From positions 1 through 22,368 of the forward strand of contig JBBRNJ010000115.1 of assembly GCA_038230375.1 (NCBI GenBank): a stretch of 22,368 nt of DNA, read 5' to 3'. Of the stretch, positions 1 to 7,492 are shown piece by piece (within the stretch, counting starts at the first letter, position 1; the number at the start of each line of letters is the position of its first letter). Both the position numbers and the translations under genes were made by a program. This DNA is from Polyangiales bacterium (GTDB lineage: Bacteria > Myxococcota_A > Polyangia > Polyangiales > Polyangiaceae). Below the pieces are notes generated by a model that had not been told where the DNA came from, ran no database searches, and was given only the letters and a program-made list of their open reading frames with translations.

Positions 1-498
1 GACAGCGGAGAGCTTGCCCGTCACGCCCGCCGCGGCGGAGCACTGCGCGAGATGCTGCAGGCGGTTCTGCGCGACCACGTCAAAGTTGGGGGCCTTGCCG
101 CAGTCGGCGCCCTTCTGTGACTCACCGTCGCTGGTCTTGCAGTTGAGCAGGATGCCGCGCGCGACGGTCACGTCGGGAGGTGCGGCGAGCGCAACGGCTG
201 AGGCGGACGCAGCGGCCGAGCCCGCGAGAGAAGGCATGCTCGAGCCGATCGATGCAGACTTCGCGGAGCCCGCAGGCGCCGCGACGTTCGCGGACGGCGG
301 AGCGGCAGACGCAGCGGCCAGCGCCCTCTCGGACTCACCCGGTGCGCTAGGACCCAGCTTCACGCCCGCGACCCGAGGCCACGCGATCCCGACGACGAAA
401 CCGACCGCGGCAATGATGCCAACGCGCCCCCACGAGGGACGATCCTGGTCGGGTTTGGGCATCATCACGGCTACGTGACGCTGGTTCGCGTCCATCAT
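1..498 (-). CDS. Hypothetical single-pass membrane protein with Ala/Ser/Pro-rich linker and Cys-containing extracytoplasmic domain (3' end outside window)
   Basis: Not in the ORF track because it has no stop in the window. Manual translation: MMDANQRHVAVMMPKPDQDRPSWGRVGIIAAVGFVVGIAWPRVAGVKLGPSAP...LLNCKTSDGESQKGADCGKAPNFDVVAQNRLQHLAQCSAAAGVTGKLSAV, open to base 1. AGGAGA Shine-Dalgarno at 507-502; ATG at 498 or 495. Confidence 0.8.
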   Translation of the reverse strand, partial: MMDANQRHVAVMMPKPDQDRPSWGRVGIIAAVGFVVGIAWPRVAGVKLGPSAPGESERALAAASAAPPSANVAAPAGSAKSASIGSSMPSLAGSAAASASAVALAAPPDVTVARGILLNCKTSDGESQKGADCGKAPNFDVVAQNRLQHLAQCSAAAGVTGKLSAV

Positions 499-617
499 CG
501 ATCTCCTACCACATCCCTCCTGGAGGGGAAAAAACAGTGTGAAAGTCCATCTGCATCGATGCCGCCGCGTGAATGAGAACGCTGAACGTGCGCGCGGCTA
601 TTCCGGACGCGTCGGGG

Positions 618-623
618 TAAACT
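618..623 (+). promoter_or_regulatory. Putative -10 element TAAACT, 6 nt before ATG 630 (leaderless-type)
   Basis: TAAACT-gcgggc-ATG; no SD between box and start. Confidence 0.45.
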
Positions 624-629
624 GCGGGC

Positions 630-1916
630 ATGCGTGATGTCCTTCGCCTCCGACGCGCCATCCACCGCGCGCTCTTCCTCGCTCCCCTCGCCGTTCCTGC
701 CATCGCTACGCTCGGTGCGTGCGCAAAGGATGATCCCGCGAAGACCGCGTCCGTCAACGTGCCCCCCACGGGGTCCGTTTCGCCGCTCGCGTCAACGCCT
801 ACGCCTGCGATGCCCGAGGCGGGCGACGACACCGCGGGCATGATGCCCGAAGGCGGCCCGTCGATCCCGCACGCACGATTCCCGCGATGCCCGAGCGGCG
901 CGTTCTGCGCGACGAAGGCAAAGATGGCCACGTTCGCGGACAAGGGCTCGCCGAAGAAGCTCGATTGCCCCACGCAGCTGGAGGAGCGCGATCGCCCCGA
1001 CGGCACAGAGGGCATGCCGCGCATGAGATACGCGCGCATGTCGTTCGACGAGCAAGGCACCACTGCCAGCCGCAGTGACGGCGGCGCGAGCGATAGCTGC
1101 TGCTACACGTGGCTCATGCCGTGTCCCGGTGGCCGGCCACTGCTCTCCCTTGATCAGCCCGTGGTGGCAGAAGCACTCGAAGGCGCTGCGTGGTCTCCCG
1201 CGGGCGCTTCCATGCAGAGCCTCGAGCTTGCCGCGCTCTCCGCGCTCTCGGACGGCGCGAAGCGTGACGCTGCGGATGCATGGCAGCGTGACGCGCTCTC
1301 GGAGCACGCGTCGATCGCATCGTTCGCGCGGGCGACGCTGGAGCTGCTCTCCGTCGGCGCGCCTCCCGAGCTCGTCATGGATACGCAGCGCGCAGGCATG
1401 GACGAGGTCCGCCACGCGTCCGCGTGCTTCGACATTGCGCGTGCGCTGGGCTGCACGGCCACGACCCCTGGCCCGCTCCCGCTGTGTGCGCCGCGCGCTC
1501 CAGACCTGGCTCGCCTTGCGCGCGACACGTTCATCGAAGGCTGCGTGGGCGAGACCGTGTCCGCACTGGCAGCAACGCGCGCCTCCGAGTCGACCACGGG
1601 CGCGGTCCGCAGCGTGTGGCGCTTGCTCGCCGCGGACGAGACCCGGCATGCGGCGCTCGCATGGCGTACGCTCGGCTGGGCCCTGCGAGCTGGTGGACCG
1701 GCGGTCGCGCGCGAGCTGCTGGCATTTGCCGAAGGCATGCGCGACGAGCTCCTTCGTGAGGCCGGCGCGCAGGCCGCAGCATCGAATGCGGACAATGCCG
1801 TCCACGGGAGGCTCTCACCGCGCGCGCTCGCGGCCGTGCATCACGACGCGTGGCAGGAGCTGATCATGCCCACGCTGCTCGAGCTGGTGCGAAACGAAGC
1901 GCCCCAAGCAAGCTGA
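630..1916 (+). CDS. Lipoprotein with Cys-rich N-terminal domain and C-terminal ferritin-like (di-iron) domain
   Basis: Lipobox LGAC at residue ~31; six further Cys ending in CCYTWLMPCPGGRP; four-helix carboxylate pattern SEHASIASF / DEVRH / EGCVGET / DETRH. Confidence 0.85.
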   Translation: MRDVLRLRRAIHRALFLAPLAVPAIATLGACAKDDPAKTASVNVPPTGSVSPLASTPTPAMPEAGDDTAGMMPEGGPSIPHARFPRCPSGAFCATKAKMATFADKGSPKKLDCPTQLEERDRPDGTEGMPRMRYARMSFDEQGTTASRSDGGASDSCCYTWLMPCPGGRPLLSLDQPVVAEALEGAAWSPAGASMQSLELAALSALSDGAKRDAADAWQRDALSEHASIASFARATLELLSVGAPPELVMDTQRAGMDEVRHASACFDIARALGCTATTPGPLPLCAPRAPDLARLARDTFIEGCVGETVSALAATRASESTTGAVRSVWRLLAADETRHAALAWRTLGWALRAGGPAVARELLAFAEGMRDELLREAGAQAAASNADNAVHGRLSPRALAAVHHDAWQELIMPTLLELVRNEAPQAS

Positions 1917-1926
1917 TGCGCGCGCA

Positions 1927-2721
1927 TCAGGCGCCGCGGTAGGGTCCGCCGCGTGAGCGCTCCAGCCACAAGGCCAGCAGTGTTGCCTGCACCTCTACCC
2001 CGCGTGGCGCGATGAAGGTTCGCGGCTCGTCGGAGCCCATCACGTGCACGAAGTCCGTGGTGTTGATGGGGCTCTTCACGAACCGGTCGTCGAACAACGC
2101 CTGACGTGCGTGCTCGCGTACCAGGGCGATCGTGACGTTGAAGTTCGAGCGCCGCACCGCCTGCATCCGATGTCCGAGCGCCAGATACTGGGCCTCGCGC
2201 TCGTGAAGGATCCACGGCGGCCGCGGCTGCGCGTCGTCTCCCTTGCGCCGGAACAGGTACGCTGACAGCTCCAGCGTGGTCTCGTGGTGGGTCTCGATCT
2301 TCTCCACGCGCTCCGCCCGGCGACCGTGGAACTCCATGTCGATCTCCTTCTTCTCACGCAGCACGTCCTGGCGTGCCTGCACGAGAACAACGACCGCGAT
2401 GTCGTCCCATGGCAGCGCCGGCGAGCCGGGCCCGTTCGCCGTGAGCACCTCCGCATCCCATGTGAAGCGATGCACCTTGGTGAGCTCGCCCGGCCGATTC
2501 ATGGTCGACGTGTCGCAGGCAATCGCGCCCAGGCCGCGCGCGCGGATGCCCGCGAGCACTGTCAGTGCGGCGTCGCGATCCGCGGACGAGAAGACGATTC
2601 GCGGCATGACGGAGGACAGCCGCAGGCGTACGTCGTACGGAGACAGACCAAGGAGCGGGGCGAGCGCGTATGCCTCGGTCTCCGTGTCTCCACTTTGCTC
2701 TGTCACCGCGACGACGTACAC
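1927..2721 (-). CDS. Hypothetical protein (264 aa), possible PH-like central domain, C-terminal GGPYRG motif
   Basis: Protein-like composition; GTG start with AAGGAG very close upstream; follows the DUF4870 gene after 15 bp. Confidence 0.75.
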   Translation of the reverse strand: MYVVAVTEQSGDTETEAYALAPLLGLSPYDVRLRLSSVMPRIVFSSADRDAALTVLAGIRARGLGAIACDTSTMNRPGELTKVHRFTWDAEVLTANGPGSPALPWDDIAVVVLVQARQDVLREKKEIDMEFHGRRAERVEKIETHHETTLELSAYLFRRKGDDAQPRPPWILHEREAQYLALGHRMQAVRRSNFNVTIALVREHARQALFDDRFVKSPINTTDFVHVMGSDEPRTFIAPRGVEVQATLLALWLERSRGGPYRGA

Positions 2722-2736
2722 GCTCCTTCGACGTTA

Positions 2737-3162
2737 TCAGGCCATCAAGTTCTTCGCGATCCGTCCCACGAACGGGTACTCGTACGGCTCGCAGCAGAAC
2801 GTCTTGTAGGCCGCGATGCCGTGGAACACCATGAACACCGGGATCGCCAGCCCGCACGTTGCCGCGGCGACGATGGTGCCGGTGAGCGACCAGAGCAACG
2901 CCTGCAGCGCCTGGAACTCTGCATAGCGCGACTCGTTGCGCTTCAAGAGATAGACGACGATCGGCGCGAGCATCCACGCGAAGAACGTCCCGCCGTGCGC
3001 GATCAACGCGGCGATGCGATCGCTGGACGTGGGCTCGTGCCAGTCGTGGAAGGGCGCCGTGGCCGGAGGCGGAGCGGGCGGCGGCGGAGCGGGGGGAGGA
3101 ACAACCTCGCCCTCGTGTACGGCACCGAAGCCTTCAACGCCGTAAATGCTCTGCGTGTTCAT
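2737..3162 (-). CDS. DUF4870 (Tic20-like) membrane protein with Pro-rich N-terminus
   Basis: DRIAALIAH...APIVVYLLKRNES...FQALQALLW...YEYPFVG pattern typical of DUF4870; about 3 hydrophobic segments; GAAAGGGA SD upstream. Confidence 0.85.
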   Translation of the reverse strand: MNTQSIYGVEGFGAVHEGEVVPPPAPPPPAPPPATAPFHDWHEPTSSDRIAALIAHGGTFFAWMLAPIVVYLLKRNESRYAEFQALQALLWSLTGTIVAAATCGLAIPVFMVFHGIAAYKTFCCEPYEYPFVGRIAKNLMA

Positions 3163-3191
3163 GACTGACTGTCCCTTTCACAGGATCAGTC
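3163..3191 (-). promoter_or_regulatory. RNA hairpin enclosing the SD of the DUF4870 gene
   Basis: Minus strand GACTGA-TC-CTGT-GAAAGGG-ACAG-TCAGTC-ATG; GACTGA/TCAGTC and CTGT/ACAG pair. Confidence 0.45.
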
Positions 3192-3233
3192 GCCCGAGCG
3201 GCGTTCGAAATTTCGTTTGTTCTCAGATAAGGC

Positions 3234-3845
3234 TCAGGTCGAGAACGGCTCGACCGTGAGCGCCACCACCAGGCTGCCCGTGGGGAACGCGATCCCGCCG
3301 ACGAACACGGACTGATGAACGCCCGCCGTGAACTCGATGAGCTTCATGTAGCGATCACCCGACGGCGGACTGATGGACGCAGCCACCGTCACACGACGTT
3401 CATTGCGATCTTGAACCACGTTGACCACCGAGACCTCGAGCGTGCGGCCGTTCGGGAGCACCACGTGCTGCGGCGTCCCCTTCGCGAGCAGCAGCTTCTT
3501 CCGGTCCTTGAACAGGTAGTTGTTGTACGAGTTGAGGCCGGGGCCCTTGAGCTTGTGCGAAGGCAGGTTCTCCACCGGCGTCGCCGGCTTGCCCTCATCC
3601 ACCTTGGGATCGATCTGCGTGGGCTTACCGGCAACATTCGTTGCGTGGAGGATCATCACTTCCACGTTCGCCGTCTGCGGTACGGGCGCGGGAGTAGCCG
3701 AGGGCGCTGGGTCTGCCGCGAACACGGGGCCCGAGAGCCCGAGCAGCGCCGGGACCACGAGCGCGGACGCCAGGCCGAGCTGTGTGATCACCTTGCGGCG
3801 CGAGACTGGAGAGCCACGAGAGCCACGAGACTCGGTCGTCTTCAC
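3234..3845 (-). CDS. Exported hypothetical protein (putative Tat signal), third gene of the ECF/anti-sigma unit
   Basis: SRRKVI twin-Arg-like motif, hydrophobic stretch, VFA|ADP cleavage-like site; GTGA overlap with the anti-sigma stop (3842-3845). Confidence 0.8.
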   Translation of the reverse strand: MKTTESRGSRGSPVSRRKVITQLGLASALVVPALLGLSGPVFAADPAPSATPAPVPQTANVEVMILHATNVAGKPTQIDPKVDEGKPATPVENLPSHKLKGPGLNSYNNYLFKDRKKLLLAKGTPQHVVLPNGRTLEVSVVNVVQDRNERRVTVAASISPPSGDRYMKLIEFTAGVHQSVFVGGIAFPTGSLVVALTVEPFST

Positions 3846-4564
3846 TTGTTGCCTCCGGAAGACTCATCGATCCAGACCACGGCGCTCGCCGACGTCCCAT
3901 CGGAGCCTGGAAGATAAAATACCGACACGCCGGTCTGCGGAGAGTCGGACATGTTGACCTCCACGCCTGAGCGGTCTTCTTGCTTGTCACCGCCTGGATT
4001 GAAAGCATTGGCGGCATTGGCGGCAGCGAGCGCTGCCTCGGAGCTCGAAGGAATCGCGGGCACGCCTGTCGCGAGCGCGGGAACGGAGTCGACGGGCTTG
4101 CCGAGATTCGTTGCAGTGGACGACTTCATGTCCTTCTCGTCCGTGAAGTCGCGCGAGCGAAGCACGAGCGCAATTCCGGCTGCGAGCGCCAGGCCCGTCG
4201 CCACGATCACGACCGCGCGACGACGCTTCTCGCGCGCGATCTGGAGCGACGACACACCCGAGCTCGTGATTGCGGTCGTGATGGGCGTGGTGACCGCGCT
4301 CTTCTGCTCGTGCTCCTCCACCATGCCCATGACCGCGTCGGCGATATCGAAGCTGTCGAGCTTGAAGCCGCCGGGCAGCGCGAGAGGCTCTGCTGCGCGG
4401 GTCACGTCACCCAGGCGCTCCATCTCATCGAGGAACGCGCGCGCGTCGGGATCGCTCTCGAGCGAGGAGATCAGTGCCGCGCGAGCTGCTTCGTTCTCTT
4501 CGCCATCCAGCTCGCCATCGGCGTACTGCATCAGCGCGATCATTCGTTCTTTGTCGAGACTCAT
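3842..4564 (-). CDS. Transmembrane anti-sigma factor (RseA-like topology, zinc-free anti-sigma domain)
   Basis: N-terminal LMQYADGELDGEE anti-sigma helix pattern lacking HxxxCxxC; basic KRRR then TM AVVIVATGLALAAGIALVL; ATGA overlap with the ECF sigma stop (4561-4564). Confidence 0.8.
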   Translation of the reverse strand: MSLDKERMIALMQYADGELDGEENEAARAALISSLESDPDARAFLDEMERLGDVTRAAEPLALPGGFKLDSFDIADAVMGMVEEHEQKSAVTTPITTAITSSGVSSLQIAREKRRRAVVIVATGLALAAGIALVLRSRDFTDEKDMKSSTATNLGKPVDSVPALATGVPAIPSSSEAALAAANAANAFNPGGDKQEDRSGVEVNMSDSPQTGVSVFYLPGSDGTSASAVVWIDESSGGNK

Positions 4565-5448
4565 GACTCACTTCCCAGCTCTGACTCGGGCAAAGAGCCC
4601 GGGCCAGCATCGGTGCCATCGCTCATGTCGGCGGCGCCTGCGGCGTTGCCGGGCTGACGGCCCATCTGCTCCACATAACAATCTACCAGCGCACGCTGCA
4701 GCTTCTGCCGCGCGTGGAAGAGACGGCTCATGATGGTGCCCTTCGACACACCCATGGCCTCTGCCATCTCTTCGTAGCTCAGACCGTCGACCTCGCGCAT
4801 CACGATGACCCCACGGTGGTAGGGCGGCAGCGCTTCGAGCGCGGTCGCGAGGCGAGCGGCGATCTCCTTGCGACGGACGACATCGGCAGGGTCCGCGCCG
4901 TCGACGCGGCTGATGAACGGAAAGTCAGCTTCGTTGGCGTCGTCGGAGTCGAACCGAGCGTCGTCCAGATCCTGCGCCTTGCGCCCAGGCTTGCGAATGA
5001 GGTCGATGCTGAGATTCGTGATGATGCGGTAGAGCCATGTGAAGAAGCTCGAGCCACCCTGGAAGTTGGGCAGGCTCTTGTAGACACGAAGGAACGCGTC
5101 CTGAACGAGCTCGCGTGCGTCATTTTCATCGCGGACAAGGTGGAGAGCGATGGCGAAGGCACGGCGCTGGTGACGCTCGACGAGCTTGCGGAAGGCAGCG
5201 CGGTCGCCGGCTTGTGCTTTCGCGATGAGCGCTCTGTCCTCTTCGGCCTCACGAGCTCTGTCCTCCTTAGTGTGGTTGGACGCGCCGGAAACCCGTGTAT
5301 TCACCGAGTCGGCAAGCATGCGCTGCGATTGTCGGCGCGCCGCACGCGCGGCGTCGGTCGCCTGCTCGCCCTTGTCTTCCCCATCATCGGGCGCGTGCTC
5401 TTCCGCGGCGCCGTTTTCCGGCGTGGGCTTGGCAATACGCGCAGACAT
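4561..5448 (-). CDS. ECF-subfamily (sigma-70 group 4) RNA polymerase sigma factor
   Basis: Region 2 DARELVQDAFLRVYKSLPNFQGGSSFFTWLYRIITNLSID; region 4 LSYEEMAEAMGVSKGTIMSRLFHARQKL. Start moved to ATG 5448 (MSARIAKP) to avoid overlap with the protease gene. Confidence 0.93.
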   Translation of the reverse strand: MSARIAKPTPENGAAEEHAPDDGEDKGEQATDAARAARRQSQRMLADSVNTRVSGASNHTKEDRAREAEEDRALIAKAQAGDRAAFRKLVERHQRRAFAIALHLVRDENDARELVQDAFLRVYKSLPNFQGGSSFFTWLYRIITNLSIDLIRKPGRKAQDLDDARFDSDDANEADFPFISRVDGADPADVVRRKEIAARLATALEALPPYHRGVIVMREVDGLSYEEMAEAMGVSKGTIMSRLFHARQKLQRALVDCYVEQMGRQPGNAAGAADMSDGTDAGPGSLPESELGSES

Positions 5449-5455
5449 GGGTCCC

Positions 5456-5461
5456 ACCGTA
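5456..5461 (-). promoter_or_regulatory. Putative -10 element TACGGT, 7 nt before ECF sigma ATG 5448 (leaderless-type internal promoter)
   Basis: Minus strand TACGGT-gggaccc-ATG; AT-rich AAATTCTCGGAAATT just upstream. Confidence 0.4.
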
Positions 5462-5491
5462 GCGCAATTTCCGAGAATTTGGCTGCAGGAC

Positions 5492-6772
5492 CTACGGCTC
5501 TTCGTCGCTGGGGGCCACACGACGCCGCTGCGCCCGTGGCCGTTCGGGCAGCTGCCCGAGCACCAGCGTCTGGTCGAAGGGCTTTCCTGCGCGGATGACC
5601 CGTACGTTCACGCTCTTGCCAACGCCGGCGGTGCTCGCCAGCCACTGAAGGAGCTTGTGGTTCTCGATGGGGGTGTTGTCGAACGCGACGACCACGTCCC
5701 CTGCCTTCAGGCCTGCCTTTGCGGCGGCGCCCTGCGGCTCCACGTCCTCGATCACGGCACCGGTGTCCTCGGTGTAGTGGATCTGGCCCTTCTCTTCGGG
5801 AGAGAGCTCGCGCACGTCCCGGATGCGCACACCCATCGCGCTGCGCGTGAGCTTTCCGTCGCGGAGCAGCGTGGGCAGGAGCTTCTGCACCATGCTGATG
5901 GGGATGGCGAAGCCGATCCCTTGTGCGCCGCCGCCACGTACGGCGGTGTTCATGCCGACCACCTCGCCCCGAAGATTGAGCAATGGGCCGCCGGAGTTGC
6001 CGGGGTTGATGGAGGCGTCGGTCTGGATGAAGTCGTAGTAGCCAGATGGGTCGAGCGGAACGTCTTCACGCGTTCGACCCTTCGCGCTCACGATTCCCAC
6101 ACTCACCGTGTGCGACAACCCGAACGGGTTCCCGATGGCGACCACCCAGTCGCCGACCTCTGCCGCGTCCGAGTCCCCGAGCGGGAGGGCCGTGAGCGCC
6201 TCCTTCGAGTCGATCTTCACGATGGCGATGTCCGTGGCCGCGTCGCGCCCCAGGATCTTGGCGGGATACGGATGCGAGTTGGAGAGCTGCACCAGGACCT
6301 GATCCGCGCCTTCAACGACGTGATTGTTCGTGAGGATGGTGCCATCGGTGCTGATCACGAAGCCCGTCCCCAGACCGCGCGTCTCGCGGCGGCGGCCGTG
6401 CGAGAACAGACCGCGCGGCTCCTGCTCCTCACCCACGGTGGTGATGGTCACCACGCTTGGATCCGCCTTCTTCGCGATGGGCGCGAACGACAGCGGTGCC
6501 TCACGCCCACCCACGAGGACCGCATCGGCAGCAGGCCGCGCAGCCATCCCCGAAGGGAGACCGGCGATCTGCGGACCGGTGGCGGCGGACGACGCCGAGC
6601 CAAGCGCCGTGGCGCCGGGACCCGAGGTCGCTGGGAGCGCATCCGTGTCCTGCTTGGCGCGCGCCTTGTTGCAGCCGGCAGTTCCGAAGGCCGTGAGCGC
6701 GAGCACGGGTAGCGCGGGGAGAAGGCCCAGAGCGATGACAGTCACCCACGACCCGAGAGCCCTACGCTGCAT
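5492..6772 (-). CDS. HtrA/DegP/DegQ-family trypsin-like serine protease with one PDZ domain, probable lipoprotein or membrane anchor
   Basis: Catalytic triad motifs TNNHVV, TDIAIVKI, IQTDASINPGNSGGPL; PDZ GAAAKAGLKAGDVVVAFD; N-terminal hydrophobic segment ending TAGC; AGGAG SD. Confidence 0.95.
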   Translation of the reverse strand: MQRRALGSWVTVIALGLLPALPVLALTAFGTAGCNKARAKQDTDALPATSGPGATALGSASSAATGPQIAGLPSGMAARPAADAVLVGGREAPLSFAPIAKKADPSVVTITTVGEEQEPRGLFSHGRRRETRGLGTGFVISTDGTILTNNHVVEGADQVLVQLSNSHPYPAKILGRDAATDIAIVKIDSKEALTALPLGDSDAAEVGDWVVAIGNPFGLSHTVSVGIVSAKGRTREDVPLDPSGYYDFIQTDASINPGNSGGPLLNLRGEVVGMNTAVRGGGAQGIGFAIPISMVQKLLPTLLRDGKLTRSAMGVRIRDVRELSPEEKGQIHYTEDTGAVIEDVEPQGAAAKAGLKAGDVVVAFDNTPIENHKLLQWLASTAGVGKSVNVRVIRAGKPFDQTLVLGQLPERPRAQRRRVAPSDEEP

Positions 6773-6781
6773 CGACCGCTC

Positions 6782-7069
6782 CTACTTCGCCTTCGACAGC
6801 TCCACGTAACGCATGCGGAGATCGAACAGTACTTGATGAAGTAAGCGCTCTTCGTCGCCCGTCAAGTTGCCCTTCGTCTTCTCCTCGAGAAGAGTCAGGA
6901 GATCGATGTTCTGCTTGGCGAGCGGGAGGTCCCGCGAAACCTGGTCGGTGTCGGGGTGCGGCACCTCGCCCAGGTGCATCAACGCGGAATGGCTCAGCGA
7001 CAGGATGAATGTCGCAAAGTCCATCTGCGGCAGCTTGTCGTGCTCGGGCTTCTCGACCGCGGGCGGCAT
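6782..7069 (-). CDS. DUF1844 domain-containing protein
   Basis: DFATFILSLSHSALMHLGEVPHP...AKQNIDLLTLLEEKTKGNLTGDEERLLHQVLFDLRMRYV is the recognisable DUF1844 signature. Confidence 0.9.
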   Translation of the reverse strand: MPPAVEKPEHDKLPQMDFATFILSLSHSALMHLGEVPHPDTDQVSRDLPLAKQNIDLLTLLEEKTKGNLTGDEERLLHQVLFDLRMRYVELSKAK

Positions 7070-7072
7070 GGG

Positions 7073-7315
7073 TCAGGCCTCGTCGGCGGAGTCGGTCTCG
7101 TCGGCTTCGTCGCTCTCGTCCGAGACCTCTTCCGGCTCGTCCGGGGGATCGAGCGCCGGCTGCGGTGTGATGAACGACTCGGTCTGGGCCTCTGCATCGG
7201 GAACGGCAGCCAGGTACTTCTCCAGCTCCTTCTCCGTGATCATGCCAGCCTTGAGGTTGCGCTCGCGGACTCGCAGATCCCAGTCCCAGACGTTGAGCTT
7301 GTTCGTCGTCGTCAT
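7073..7315 (-). CDS. Small hypothetical protein with acidic tail (80 aa)
   Basis: DLRVRERNLKAGMITEKELEKYLAAVPD core plus D/E-rich tail; AAAGGG SD; 3-bp gap to the DUF1844 start. Confidence 0.8.
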   Translation of the reverse strand: MTTTNKLNVWDWDLRVRERNLKAGMITEKELEKYLAAVPDAEAQTESFITPQPALDPPDEPEEVSDESDEADETDSADEA

Positions 7316-7436
7316 GATTACCCTTTGAGCGTGGAGTGAGCGGCATCATCTGCCAGCTTCCAACCACGGAATAGATGGAAATATGCCAGTAGTCGTCGGA
7401 GGCCCGCAGTTCAAGGGGCAAATGGGCCCGACCACT

Positions 7437-7489
7437 GAACAGAAGCCCTCCATTTCGTCTCCCCCTGAACCTGAACGGGAAGAGGGGGC
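7437..7489 (-). terminator. Possible intrinsic terminator or stem-loop immediately after the acyl-CoA ligase stop
   Basis: Minus strand inner stem TCTTCCC/GGGGAGA (one G-U), outer GCCC../..GGGC pairing, followed by TTCTGTTC; the U-tract is weak. Confidence 0.35.
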
Positions 7490-7492
7490 GGA

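Noticed and set aside
14..478. 154-aa plus-strand ORF
   Set aside because: Antisense shadow of the minus-strand gene 1-498, which has an SD, a TM segment and protein-like sequence.
515..562. Short palindromes CCCTCC-T-GGAGGG (515-527) and GCATCGATGC (553-562) in the divergent gap
   Set aside because: Short, loop too small for a stable hairpin, and expected by chance in GC-rich DNA.
3811..3828. 9-bp tandem duplicate GAGCCACGA x2
   Set aside because: Only two copies, encoding SRG-SRG in a signal-peptide n-region.
5449..5520. 24-aa N-terminal extension of the ECF sigma in the ORF track
   Set aside because: Overlaps the HtrA gene end; ATG 5448 sits 7 nt after a TANNNT box and is the better start.
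5186..6712. 508-aa plus-strand ORF and similar long antisense ORFs (7685-8638, 14472-16061, 10746-12008)
   Set aside because: They mirror well-conserved genes on the other strand; long stop-free antisense frames are expected with high third-position GC.
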